Source: an uncultured Nitrososphaerota archaeon (lineage in GTDB: Archaea > Thermoproteota > Methanomethylicia > Nezhaarchaeales > B40-G2). Taken from it: 64,000 bases of DNA. The stretch covers positions 3,075 to 67,074 of the forward strand of contig CAZVDL010000005.1 in the NCBI GenBank assembly GCA_964626365.1, given 5' to 3'. Below the pieces are notes generated by a model that was given only the letters and a program-made list of their open reading frames with translations, searched no databases and was not told the DNA's origin. The position numbers and the translations under genes are program-made. Below, in pieces: positions 1 through 8,195 of this stretch. Within the stretch, counting starts at the first letter, position 1; each line of letters starts with the position of its first letter.

Positions 1-630
1 GCCGTACTCTGCTCTACCCCTCATGTCGTAGGGGTCGTAGCCAGTGGCTATCACGACGGCGTCCACGGCCAGCTCGACCTCCACAGGCTGCTCGTCCAGG
101 TTTATGGCGGCCTTAGGGCATGCGTCGCGGCAGACCGTACACGACTTGTCCTTCACGTATAGGCAGGCCTGCTCATCGATCACATAGGCTCTCGGGAAGG
201 CCTTGTCGAAGGGCGTGTACACGGCTTTACGCTTACTTAAGCCTAGGTCGAACTCGTTACTGACCTCTACGGGGCAAGCCTCTGAGCATTTACCGCAGGC
301 GTCGCATTTGCTCAGGTCTACGCGCCTAGCCCTCCTCAACACCTTAACCTTAAACCCTTTACCCTCTCTCTTAGCCTCTAGGACCTCTGAGCATGTTAAG
401 ACCTCCACGTTGGACGCCTTGGCTAGCGCGTCCATCCTAGCGGCCACCATGTCGAGCGCGGGGTCGAGCTTAGGGTAGAGCAGGCTTAGCTGGGCCGCCC
501 TCCCCCCTAAGCTAGGCTTAGACTCGACCAGGTAGACCTTGGCCCCCAGCGAGGCCGCGCCGAGCGCAGCCTCTATCCCAGCAATGCCTCCTCCAACCAC
601 GAGTATGGACGGGGCGTCGCGCCTCTCCAA
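1..630 (-). CDS. hdrA: Heterodisulfide reductase subunit A (HdrA), N-terminal part. The gene continues beyond the window start. The probable start codon is TTG at 628-630.
   Basis: The reverse-strand translation starts MERRDAPSILVVGGGIAGIEAALGAASLGAKVYLVESKPSLGG, a Rossmann FAD-binding GxGxxG motif. It is followed by CDACGKCSEACP and CTVCRDACP ferredoxin-type 4Fe-4S motifs, as expected for HdrA. The frame is open to the window edge. Confidence 0.7.
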   Translation of the reverse strand, partial: MERRDAPSILVVGGGIAGIEAALGAASLGAKVYLVESKPSLGGRAAQLSLLYPKLDPALDMVAARMDALAKASNVEVLTCSEVLEAKREGKGFKVKVLRRARRVDLSKCDACGKCSEACPVEVSNEFDLGLSKRKAVYTPFDKAFPRAYVIDEQACLYVKDKSCTVCRDACPKAAINLDEQPVEVELAVDAVVIATGYDPYDMRGRAEYG

Positions 631-710
631 ACTACATCCCCTTGGTAGAGGGCTCTACCAGGCGTAGCCTTTTTAAGCTTTAAGCGTTGTAGTGGGGCCG
701 GTGGCTTCCC

Positions 711-1241
711 TTGGCCTCCGTAGCCCTCCTAGACCTCATGACCAACAAGCCCTCGGAGCCGGAGGCCAAGAAGCGCTTCGCTGAGATTATAGGTTCACAG
801 GACCCAAACGCCTGCTTCGTGTGCGCGAGATGCACAACGGGCTGCGAGGCTATGGAGCTCCTCGAAAACTTCCCCCACCAGGTCGTCAATCTAGTGAGGC
901 TAGGGCTCATTGACGAGCTCATCAACAGCGAGAAGATATGGGCATGCATGCAGTGCCTGAAGTGCACAGAGCGCTGCCCCCAGAACGTAGCTCCCTCCGA
1001 CGTCTTCCTAGCCCTACGCAACCTGGCCGTCAAGGCTGGGGCTAAGGTGCCTGACGGCTTCTTTAAGGCCCTGGAGATGATAATGGAGACGGGATACCTA
1101 CAGCCGGTCCAGGAGGTAGTGTCTAGGACCTTTGAGACCTACAACCGGAAGTCCTTAAACCTACGCGAGAACATACCTCAGCCAGCTAACCTGGAGAAGT
1201 TTAAGGAGGCGTTTATGGCCACCATGGAGGGGATGTTCTAG
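711..1241 (+). CDS. hdrC: Heterodisulfide reductase subunit C (HdrC). The start is TTG at 711, or ATG at 738.
   Basis: Two Cys clusters, CARCTTGCEA and CMQCLKCTERCP, match the HdrC/succinate dehydrogenase C-like [4Fe-4S] pattern. The 176 aa size fits. It lies immediately upstream of hdrB with a 1-nt overlap. Confidence 0.8.
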   Translation: MASVALLDLMTNKPSEPEAKKRFAEIIGSQDPNACFVCARCTTGCEAMELLENFPHQVVNLVRLGLIDELINSEKIWACMQCLKCTERCPQNVAPSDVFLALRNLAVKAGAKVPDGFFKALEMIMETGYLQPVQEVVSRTFETYNRKSLNLRENIPQPANLEKFKEAFMATMEGMF

Positions 1242-2119
1242 TGGTCCAGGCTAAGCTAACCCTGTATTTAGGATGTACCGTAGCCACCGACGAGTACGCC
1301 TACGAGTTATCCACCATAAACACCCTGCCGAAGCTAGGGGTCGAGCTAGAGTACTTAGAGGGGACTACGTGCTGTGGCTCCCCCTTAATGTCGGTGAACA
1401 TGAAAAGCTTCGTCTACCTAGCGCTCAGAAACGTGGCCTTAGCCGATCAGCAAGGCCTAGACATGTTGACGCTATGTCCAGGTTGCCATCTCTCCTTCTT
1501 CGAGGCTAGACACTACGCTGAGCATAGCCCTCAGCTAAAGGACGAGATCAACGCCCTCCTAAGCAACGAGGGACTTAAGTACGAGGGGAAGGTTAAGGTC
1601 AGGCACCTCGTCGACCTGCTTCACGATGTCGTAGGCCTCGACAAGATAAGATCGGCTGCGTCCAAGCCGTTGAAGGGACTTAGGTTAGCTACCCACATAG
1701 GCTGCCATGCCATTAGGCCTAGTAGGCTTGAGCGGATAGACGACCCCGAGAAGCCGGTAAAGCTCGACAGACTCGTGGAGGCCCTAGGAGCCGAGGTAGT
1801 TGACTACCCTGAGAAGCTTGACTGCTGTGGAGCAGGCTTCCTATTATCCAACCCCCAGGCAGGGTTGACGGTGGCTGGAGTTAAGATTAAGGCGCTGCAG
1901 GCCAGAGGCGTCGATGGGTTGGTTGTGGCGTGCCCTCTATGCCATAAAATGCTAGGGCAGAAGCAGCAGTCGGCTAGCCAAGTTGTAGGCGCGGAGCTGA
2001 ATCTGCCGGTGATCTACTATACGCAGCTGCTAGGCTTAGCTATGGGGGAGAGCGAGGATAAACTTGGATTGATGTTAAACCAGAGCCCCGTAGACTCGCT
2101 GCTTGAGAAGCTCAAGTAG
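1241..2119 (+). CDS. hdrB: Heterodisulfide reductase subunit B (HdrB), with two CCG domains.
   Basis: Two CCG motifs (TTCCGSPL and LDCCGAGF) are each followed by CPGC / CPLC, the canonical HdrB cysteine-rich pattern. The GTG start overlaps the hdrC stop (taGTG). Confidence 0.85.
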   Translation: MVQAKLTLYLGCTVATDEYAYELSTINTLPKLGVELEYLEGTTCCGSPLMSVNMKSFVYLALRNVALADQQGLDMLTLCPGCHLSFFEARHYAEHSPQLKDEINALLSNEGLKYEGKVKVRHLVDLLHDVVGLDKIRSAASKPLKGLRLATHIGCHAIRPSRLERIDDPEKPVKLDRLVEALGAEVVDYPEKLDCCGAGFLLSNPQAGLTVAGVKIKALQARGVDGLVVACPLCHKMLGQKQQSASQVVGAELNLPVIYYTQLLGLAMGESEDKLGLMLNQSPVDSLLEKLK

Positions 2120-2513
2120 CCTTCATCCTCTCCTCTTTAAGCCACCTATAGATGGTCTTCAGGGGTACCTTAACCTCCGACGCTATTTCCTTAACCGTCA
2201 AACCCCTCCTACTAAGCTCCACGACTCTTCCCTTAAGCGTCCTCCTCTCAGCTTTATGGTAACGGGCCCTCTCCTCAAACATCAACCTCTCCTTGAACCC
2301 TAAGAACTCCACGGCAAACATGAAAGCCTCGAGGGCCTCACTCCTACGTGAAAGATACCCCTTGATGCGCACCCTATAGCCTTCATCGAAGAACTCCTTA
2401 ACCTCGCTCAAAGCCTCCTTGACCTGCTCAAAGGTAACTGTAGCTCCCTCGAAGTAGAGCTCTACTTCCTTCTCCTCGTCCCGCCTATTCACTCTGTACA
2501 GCGCCCTAGCCAT
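2112..2513 (-). CDS. Small DNA-binding protein with a C-terminal helix-turn-helix, a putative transcriptional regulator.
   Basis: The C-terminal segment LSRRGLTVKEIASEVKVPLKTIYRWLK resembles resolvase/sigma-70 region-4-like HTH. The N-terminal part has no recognisable domain. Its 3' end overlaps hdrB convergently. Confidence 0.45.
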   Translation of the reverse strand: MARALYRVNRRDEEKEVELYFEGATVTFEQVKEALSEVKEFFDEGYRVRIKGYLSRRSEALEAFMFAVEFLGFKERLMFEERARYHKAERRTLKGRVVELSRRGLTVKEIASEVKVPLKTIYRWLKEERMKAT

Positions 2514-2592
2514 AGCTCTTCCTCCTTATTCAAGGGCCGAGGCTTATAAACTTTCTCACTTTAACATCAATCCTTAAAACGAGAAAAATTTA

Positions 2593-2607
2593 TAAACCCC
2601 TCTTCTC
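2593..2607 (+). promoter_or_regulatory. Archaeal BRE/TATA promoter (agaaaaa-TTTATAAA) placed for a leaderless transcript starting near 2630.
   Basis: A purine-rich BRE-like run immediately 5' of the TTTATAAA box (2600-2607). An ATG at 2635 lies about 28 nt downstream of the TATA centre. Confidence 0.4.
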
Positions 2608-2751
2608 ACTTCTATAAGCAGAGAAACTGAGAACATGGAGGTGGTGGACGTGATCTTGGCGCGCGCCGTGATCATGGGAGGGTTGATGGTTAAAATCACC
2701 GATAGAGGCCCTCCGATAGAAACCTAAACCCCCCGAGCGCTTTTTCCCTAG

Positions 2752-3060
2752 GTGCTACGTATGGTTGTCGTGGCTGAATTGACGGTTACGCCTCTAGGCT
2801 CAGGTGTAAGCGTTAGCTCCCTGGTGGCCGAGGCCGTTAAGGTGCTTAAAGAAGCTGGGGTTAAATACGAGGTGACTCCCATGTGCACAGTCTTCGAGGC
2901 CCCGACGGCTGAGGAGGCCTTTAAGCTAGCTTTAAAGGCCCACGAGGCGGTATTTAAGGCTGGAGCCGTGAGGGTGTTAACATCGATCAAAATAGACGAG
3001 CGTAGAGACGTCGAGCACTCAATGAAGAGAAAGATCGAGAGTTTAAGGTCTAAGCTCTAG
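2752..3060 (+). CDS. MTH1187/YkoF-family protein (UPF0045, DUF77). The likely start is ATG 2761.
   Basis: MVVVAELTVTPLGSGVSVSSLVAEAVKVLKEAGVKYEVTPMCTVFEA ... IKIDERRD matches the conserved ~100 aa MTH1187/YkoF fold signature (VxPxG, YExTPMxT, IDxRRD). Confidence 0.75.
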   Translation: MLRMVVVAELTVTPLGSGVSVSSLVAEAVKVLKEAGVKYEVTPMCTVFEAPTAEEAFKLALKAHEAVFKAGAVRVLTSIKIDERRDVEHSMKRKIESLRSKL

Positions 3061-3781
3061 GCGTTATGGCCACGGCCGCCTCGATGGCTAAGCCTGAAGA
3101 CGCCTCTTGGGGACTTAACGCCGCCAGCCTCCCTTTGATATTGACGCCCTCCAGCTGCTTTGAGGCCAAAAGCCTCGCTAGGTCCACGTAGTAAAGGAAA
3201 CTCCAGGGCTTCTCATCTCCCTTAGCTAACCTCCAATACCTGGCCTTATCTCGGCTCACCCTCTTACGGCGCTCCTCAATGAAGAGGTTGAGGTCTACGT
3301 CCCTCCATAGCTCCTCGGCGTGCTCAGTGCTCCATCTATATAGGTCTAACACCGTGTAGTCAGCGATCCTTAGATGGAGCTTCCACCCTTTTAAGTCGAG
3401 TTTAGCTCTAGATTCGACGGTGTCGACGGCTATCTTGGCTAGCTGCTGCTTCACCCCGTCGCCTATAGCTAGGATGGGGGAGACGTAGGCTGAGGCTAAG
3501 ATTACGCCTTCAACAACCCTCTCCTCTACTCCTAATAGCTCAGTGCATAGCTCCTTGAGCTTCTCCAAGGACTTAGTGGGGTAGACGAGCTCCACGAATG
3601 GCTTACCCTCCATCTTACCCTTAAAGAAGTCTCCAGCCCCTCTAAGCATGGTTGGCGGCACGCCGAGGTTCCTGTACTTAAACCTGTCCTTAAGCCACTT
3701 AACCCCCTCCTCGCCCTCCTCAGGGTCTATGAGGACCACGCCTCTAAGGTTCTTGACTAGGGAGGCGTACCTAGAAAACAA
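3050..3781 (-). CDS. Hypothetical protein of 243 aa. A very tentative guess is an HhH-like DNA glycosylase (AGOG-type).
   Basis: A long clean ORF with crenarchaeal codon usage. The only hint is an AIGDGVKQQLAKIAV helix-hairpin-helix-like segment. No firm family assignment is possible by eye. Confidence 0.45.
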   Translation of the reverse strand: MFSRYASLVKNLRGVVLIDPEEGEEGVKWLKDRFKYRNLGVPPTMLRGAGDFFKGKMEGKPFVELVYPTKSLEKLKELCTELLGVEERVVEGVILASAYVSPILAIGDGVKQQLAKIAVDTVESRAKLDLKGWKLHLRIADYTVLDLYRWSTEHAEELWRDVDLNLFIEERRKRVSRDKARYWRLAKGDEKPWSFLYYVDLARLLASKQLEGVNIKGRLAALSPQEASSGLAIEAAVAITPRA

Positions 3782-3795
3782 GGGGTGTTAACCTC

Positions 3796-4170
3796 TCAGG
3801 CGCCGAAGCAGCTTTTGTTCCACTCACACTCTGAACAGTACTTTGACCTCCACTCGCCGATCACGTTGGAGACCTTCTCCTTGACATAGCTCCACGTAGT
3901 CACCGCGCCCTTCTCTAGGCCCAGCAGCTTCAGGGCGTCCCGGTCCATAGCCTTAATCTCCTCCTCAGCGCCCTCGCTGTAAGCGCACTCGTCTCCTCTA
4001 AGGTAGGGGCAGGCGCTACATACCTCGTCGGCGTCGTCGACGACTATAATAGGCTCGCCACTCTCAAGCCTAGACAGTACATGTCTAGCCTTGGAGGCGA
4101 AGGCCTCACCTAGGGCCTCAGGCTTAAAGAAGTGTAAACATATCAGGTGGTGCCCTCTCAGCCTAGCCAA
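3796..4170 (-). CDS. DUF1284-family Cys-rich (putative Fe-S) protein.
   Basis: An N-terminal RGHHLIC motif plus C-terminal CSACP...C...CSEC clusters are typical of DUF1284. Confidence 0.65.
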   Translation of the reverse strand: MARLRGHHLICLHFFKPEALGEAFASKARHVLSRLESGEPIIVVDDADEVCSACPYLRGDECAYSEGAEEEIKAMDRDALKLLGLEKGAVTTWSYVKEKVSNVIGEWRSKYCSECEWNKSCFGA

Positions 4171-4276
4171 GCCTCACACCCATAGGTCGATAGCTGTGAG
4201 GGGGCTATTAAACCAGCGGCATCGAGATTTAATAGGCTAAAAGAGGCTTTAATTAGCCGCTGTTGAAGGTGGGACG

Positions 4277-5062
4277 ATGAGGGCCGACGTCGACGAGGCG
4301 CTGATAACGAGGATTATAGTTGAGGACTCGCTTAGACACTTATCCAGCCTAACAGAGCTCGACGTAGCGGTGGTTGGAGCGGGGCCCGCTGGCTTAACGG
4401 TTGCCCGCCTCCTAGCTAAGCGGGGCTTTAAGACCGCGGTTTTCGAGCGTAGGCTATCCTTCGGCGGGGGGATGGGAGGCGGAGGTATGCAGCTGCCTAG
4501 GATAGTCGTAGAGGAGGAGGCCGCGGCTCTCTTGGCTGAGCTGGGGTGCAGGTTATCGAGGGCCTCTAACGGCCTCTATGTAGCTGACGCCGCTGAGGCG
4601 CTAGCTAGGCTAGCGGCTGGGGCTGTTGAGGCTGGAGCCAACATACTGCTGGGCGTCTCGGTCGAGGATGTCGTCTACAGGGGGGCGCCGCCGAGGATAG
4701 TGGGCGTAGTGATCCAGTGGTCCTCGGTGCAGCTCTCAGGGCTCCACGTAGACCCCCTAGCTTTCAAGGCTAGGGCCACGGTCGACTGCACGGGCCACGA
4801 GGCCTCAGTAATCGCCGTGGCCTCTAGGAAGGTGCCTGGGCTAGGCGTACAGCTCAAAGGAGAGGGGGCTATGTGGGCCGGGGAGGGCGAGCGCCTCGTA
4901 GTTGAACGTAGCGGACGTGTATGCCCAGGCCTTTACGCCGCCGGCATGTCGGTGGCCGCGCTCTATGGTCTTCCGAGGATGGGCCCTATATTTGGGGGCA
5001 TGCTCCTCTCAGGTAGGAAGGCGGCCGAGGAGGTGGCTAGGGACCTAGCTGAGGGCGGTTAA
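4277..5062 (+). CDS. thi4: Thiamine thiazole synthase Thi4 (archaeal-type thiazole biosynthesis enzyme).
   Basis: DVAVVGAGPAGLTVARLLAKRGFKTAVFERRLSFGGGMGGGGM is the Thi4 dinucleotide-binding signature with a Gly-rich loop. The 261 aa size is typical. Confidence 0.85.
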   Translation: MRADVDEALITRIIVEDSLRHLSSLTELDVAVVGAGPAGLTVARLLAKRGFKTAVFERRLSFGGGMGGGGMQLPRIVVEEEAAALLAELGCRLSRASNGLYVADAAEALARLAAGAVEAGANILLGVSVEDVVYRGAPPRIVGVVIQWSSVQLSGLHVDPLAFKARATVDCTGHEASVIAVASRKVPGLGVQLKGEGAMWAGEGERLVVERSGRVCPGLYAAGMSVAALYGLPRMGPIFGGMLLSGRKAAEEVARDLAEGG

Positions 5063-7150
5063 ATGAGGGTGGTCAGGTCAGTATGCAGGATGTGTCACGG
5101 TGGCTGTGGGGCTCTCATATACGTGGAGGACGGCAGGGCGGTTAGGGTCGAGGGCGACCCCCAACATCCAGTTAGTAGGGGCTACATGTGCGCTAAGGGC
5201 TTAGCCTCCATCCAGCTAGCCTACCACCCTGATAGGCTTCGCTACCCGTTGAAGAGAGCTGGGGATAGGGGTGGAGGCAGCTGGGTTAGGGTCTCGTGGA
5301 ATGAGGCGCTGAGCGACATAGCTAAGAGGCTCTTGGAGATAAAGGAGCGCTACGGCGCTGAGGCGGTGGTCTTTGCCCACGGCACCAACAGGGAGTACCT
5401 ACACATGGTCTATAGGCTAGCCCACGCTTTCGGATCACCTAACGTGACCTCCCCAGGCTATGTCTGCTACTACCCTAGGGTAGCGGCCTCCATCCTGACC
5501 TGCGGCGGGCTACCCATAGCCGACTACGACGGCGAGCCGAAGTGCATAATGGTGTGGGGGTGCAACCCTCTCCACACAAGCCCAGACGAGTACTGCGCCG
5601 CTCAGCTATGCAGAGCGCTGGAACGCGGCCCCAAGTTAATAGTGGTCGACCCTAGACCCACGTGGCTAGCGTCTAGAGCTGACGTATGGCTTAGGATAAG
5701 GCCTGGCAGCGACGTGGCCTTAGCCCTAGGCCTCCTCAACGTCATAATCGAGGAGGGTCTCTATGATAGGGGTTTTGTTGAGCGGTGGACTGTGGGCTTC
5801 GATAAGCTGGCTAGCCACGTAAAGAAGTACACGCCTGAGAAGGTTGAGGGGTTGACTTGGGTTTCGGCTGGTTTGATTAGGGAGGCTGCTAGGCTTTATG
5901 CGTTGTCTAAGCCTGCCTGCATCCAATGGGGGGTTAAGATAGAGCAGAACGTGAACTGCACTAGCTGTATTAGGGCGCTAGTCGCGCTAATGGCTATAAC
6001 CGGGAACCTGGACGTCCCTGGAGGCAACGTCTTATGCTCGCCTCCTCCCGTAACCAGGTTCACCGAGTTCATGTTGACTAGCGCCTTGAGCGAGGAGCAG
6101 CGGCGTAAGAGGTTGGGAGGAGAACATAAGCTGTCCTCGATGGGCTCGGTCGTACCGCCTATGCACGTGGTTAAGGCCATACTTGAAGGAGACCCATACC
6201 CGGTTAAAGCCATGGTGGTGTTCGGCAGTAACCCCCTACTAACCTGGCCTAACTCCAAGCTGGTCAAGGAGGCCTTAATGAAGCTGGACTTCTTGGTGGT
6301 TGTGGACTTGTTTATGACTCCTACGGCTGAGTTGGCTGATTATGTGCTTCCTGCTGCCACCTGGCTGGAAATAGACGACGTGGCCTTCTACTTCTACAGG
6401 GCGGGCTACGTGATGGCCAGGCGTAAGGCCATAGAGGTAGACGAGTGTTGGCCAGACCACAAGATAATCATAGAGTTAGCTAAGAGGCTAGGCCTACGCG
6501 AGTGCTTCTGGGAGGACGTGGAGGAGTACTTGAACTACGTCTTAAAGCCTTCAGGCTTAACTTGGCGTGAGTTCGCTGAGCGAGGATGGCTTGAAGCTCC
6601 CAAGCGCTACCGTAAATACGAGGAGGAGGGCTTTAGGACGCTCTCAGGTAAAGTCGAGCTCTACTCTGAGACCTTAGAGAGGATGGGTTATAGCCCTCTG
6701 CCAGACTACGTGGAGCCTCCTGAGACCCCGCTAAGTAACCCTAAGCTAGCTGAGGAGTACCCCTTCATCCTAACCACCGGCCATAGAAGCCCCGCGTACT
6801 TCCATAGCGAGTACCGCCAGCTTCCCTGGCTTAGATCCATTCAACCGGACCCCATAGTCGAGCTGAGCCCTGAAGCAGCTAAGGAAATAGGGGTTGAGGA
6901 TGGGGACTGGGTGTGGATTGAGACGCCTAGGGGTAGAGTTAAACAGAGGGTTAAGGTGGTCCCTGGGATGCACCCTAAGGTGGTTAGTGCCCAGCACGGC
7001 TGGTGGTTCCCTGAGAAGCCTGGGCCTGAGCATGGCTGCTTCGAGTCCAACATCAACGTGGTGACTAGTAGCGAACCCCCCTACGATCCCTGCTTTGGGG
7101 CTGTAACCTTCAACGCCTTGCTATGCAGGGTGTATAAGGCGGAGGGGTGA
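5063..7150 (+). CDS. Molybdopterin (bis-MGD) oxidoreductase catalytic subunit of the DMSO-reductase / formate-dehydrogenase-like family. It is predicted cytoplasmic, with no Tat signal.
   Basis: The N-terminal CRMCHGGCG...C motif is a [4Fe-4S] binding site typical of the family. The 695 aa size fits. It starts 1 nt after the thi4 stop and is followed by an overlapping ferredoxin subunit. Confidence 0.85.
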   Translation: MRVVRSVCRMCHGGCGALIYVEDGRAVRVEGDPQHPVSRGYMCAKGLASIQLAYHPDRLRYPLKRAGDRGGGSWVRVSWNEALSDIAKRLLEIKERYGAEAVVFAHGTNREYLHMVYRLAHAFGSPNVTSPGYVCYYPRVAASILTCGGLPIADYDGEPKCIMVWGCNPLHTSPDEYCAAQLCRALERGPKLIVVDPRPTWLASRADVWLRIRPGSDVALALGLLNVIIEEGLYDRGFVERWTVGFDKLASHVKKYTPEKVEGLTWVSAGLIREAARLYALSKPACIQWGVKIEQNVNCTSCIRALVALMAITGNLDVPGGNVLCSPPPVTRFTEFMLTSALSEEQRRKRLGGEHKLSSMGSVVPPMHVVKAILEGDPYPVKAMVVFGSNPLLTWPNSKLVKEALMKLDFLVVVDLFMTPTAELADYVLPAATWLEIDDVAFYFYRAGYVMARRKAIEVDECWPDHKIIIELAKRLGLRECFWEDVEEYLNYVLKPSGLTWREFAERGWLEAPKRYRKYEEEGFRTLSGKVELYSETLERMGYSPLPDYVEPPETPLSNPKLAEEYPFILTTGHRSPAYFHSEYRQLPWLRSIQPDPIVELSPEAAKEIGVEDGDWVWIETPRGRVKQRVKVVPGMHPKVVSAQHGWWFPEKPGPEHGCFESNINVVTSSEPPYDPCFGAVTFNALLCRVYKAEG

Positions 7151-7641
7151 ATGTGGTTAAGCTAACCCTCCTCATTGACCCCTCCAAGTGTATAGGCTGC
7201 TACGCCTGCGAAGTCGCCTGTAAGCAGGAGCATGGGTTAAGTGGGTGGGCTGAGCCCTTCATCAAGGTGAAGGAAGTTAGGCGGCTGCATGGAACCTATG
7301 TAAGCTACGTCCCGGTGGTGTGTAGACATTGCGGGCGCCCTCCATGCATCGAAGTGTGTCCCACCGGCGCCCTTGAGAAGACGAAGGAGGGCGCGGTCCT
7401 TCTCGACGTCGAGAAGTGTATTGGCTGTGGTGCATGTATACCTGTATGTCCGTTCAAGGCCCTAGTCTTCGACCCTGAGGAGGGCGTTGTTAAGAAATGC
7501 GATCTTTGCGTTGAGAGGGTTAAGGAGGGCTTAGAGCCCAGCTGCGTAGCTCACTGCCCGTCGAGCGCGCTGGTCTTTGGGGAAACCTCCTCGCTAATCG
7601 ACGAGCTAAGATCCAAGTCTGCTGGCCAGCTGGCCAAGTAG
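7147..7641 (+). CDS. 4x[4Fe-4S] ferredoxin-type electron-transfer subunit of the molybdopterin oxidoreductase.
   Basis: Four CxxCxxCxxxCP-type motifs are present (CIGCYACEVAC, CRHCGRPPCIEVCP, CIGCGACIPVCP, CDLCV...CVAHCP). A 4-nt overlap with the upstream gene suggests translational coupling. Confidence 0.85.
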   Translation: MNVVKLTLLIDPSKCIGCYACEVACKQEHGLSGWAEPFIKVKEVRRLHGTYVSYVPVVCRHCGRPPCIEVCPTGALEKTKEGAVLLDVEKCIGCGACIPVCPFKALVFDPEEGVVKKCDLCVERVKEGLEPSCVAHCPSSALVFGETSSLIDELRSKSAGQLAK

Positions 7642-7706
7642 TGTTCCAATTACTCGTACACCTAAACAGTGAACTGCCAGCGTGCCCTCTGAGCTAGGGG
7701 GTCCCT

Positions 7707-8177
7707 GTGAGGACGTCGGCCTTAATGCTCGTCTTGCTGCTGCTGTTTAGCCTACAGCTTGCGTACGCCGATAAACTCTATGTACGCATCACGCAGCCAG
7801 CTAATGAGCTATGCATAGAGGTGTCTAATGCCTCGTGCGTGGTGGCTAAGGCCACACTAGACGGTAGGGTCTCTGCCGTGGTCTTTGAGCTACCGCCCGG
7901 GCGCTACTTAGTTAAGGTCTCGGCCTCGGGGCGCATTGTTGATGCCAGGGAGGTTGAGTTGCCCGGCGAGTCGTCGCTGGAGTTCGATGTAGCTAAGCAC
8001 GCGGCTCCCTCGGGTACTGTGAGGGAGTTTAGCTCGTCAGGCCTGAAGCAGCTAGGCGGCGTTGAGGGGGCGGTGCCCTCAGCTCTAGGGGCCGTTAACG
8101 CTCTGTTGTTGCTAGCCGCGTCGGCTATGCTGGCCGCGGTGTTATCTTTAACAGTCAAGCTGCTCAAGAAGCTTTAG
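7707..8177 (+). CDS. Secreted or membrane-anchored hypothetical protein.
   Basis: An N-terminal signal peptide (MRTSALMLVLLLLFSLQLAYA) and a C-terminal hydrophobic anchor. Confidence 0.5.
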   Translation: MRTSALMLVLLLLFSLQLAYADKLYVRITQPANELCIEVSNASCVVAKATLDGRVSAVVFELPPGRYLVKVSASGRIVDAREVELPGESSLEFDVAKHAAPSGTVREFSSSGLKQLGGVEGAVPSALGAVNALLLLAASAMLAAVLSLTVKLLKKL

Positions 8178-8195
8178 CGCCGGCAGGGGTCGATC

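Noticed and set aside
4171-4276. A possible TPP riboswitch upstream of thi4 (the segments ctgtgaggggg and ttaaaccagcgg vaguely recall the CUGAGA and ACCAGCG elements).
   Set aside because: The defining pyrimidine-sensing ACCUGAUCUGG element and the P3/P4-P5 helices are absent. Crenarchaea are not known to use THI-box riboswitches. The region is better explained as a simple promoter (TATA-like tttaatta about 27 nt from the ATG).
5063-7150. A selenocysteine (in-frame TGA) active site in the formate-dehydrogenase-like molybdoenzymes.
   Set aside because: Both paralog ORFs are uninterrupted by TGA. If FdhA-like, they are Cys-type. No SECIS-like element was sought further.
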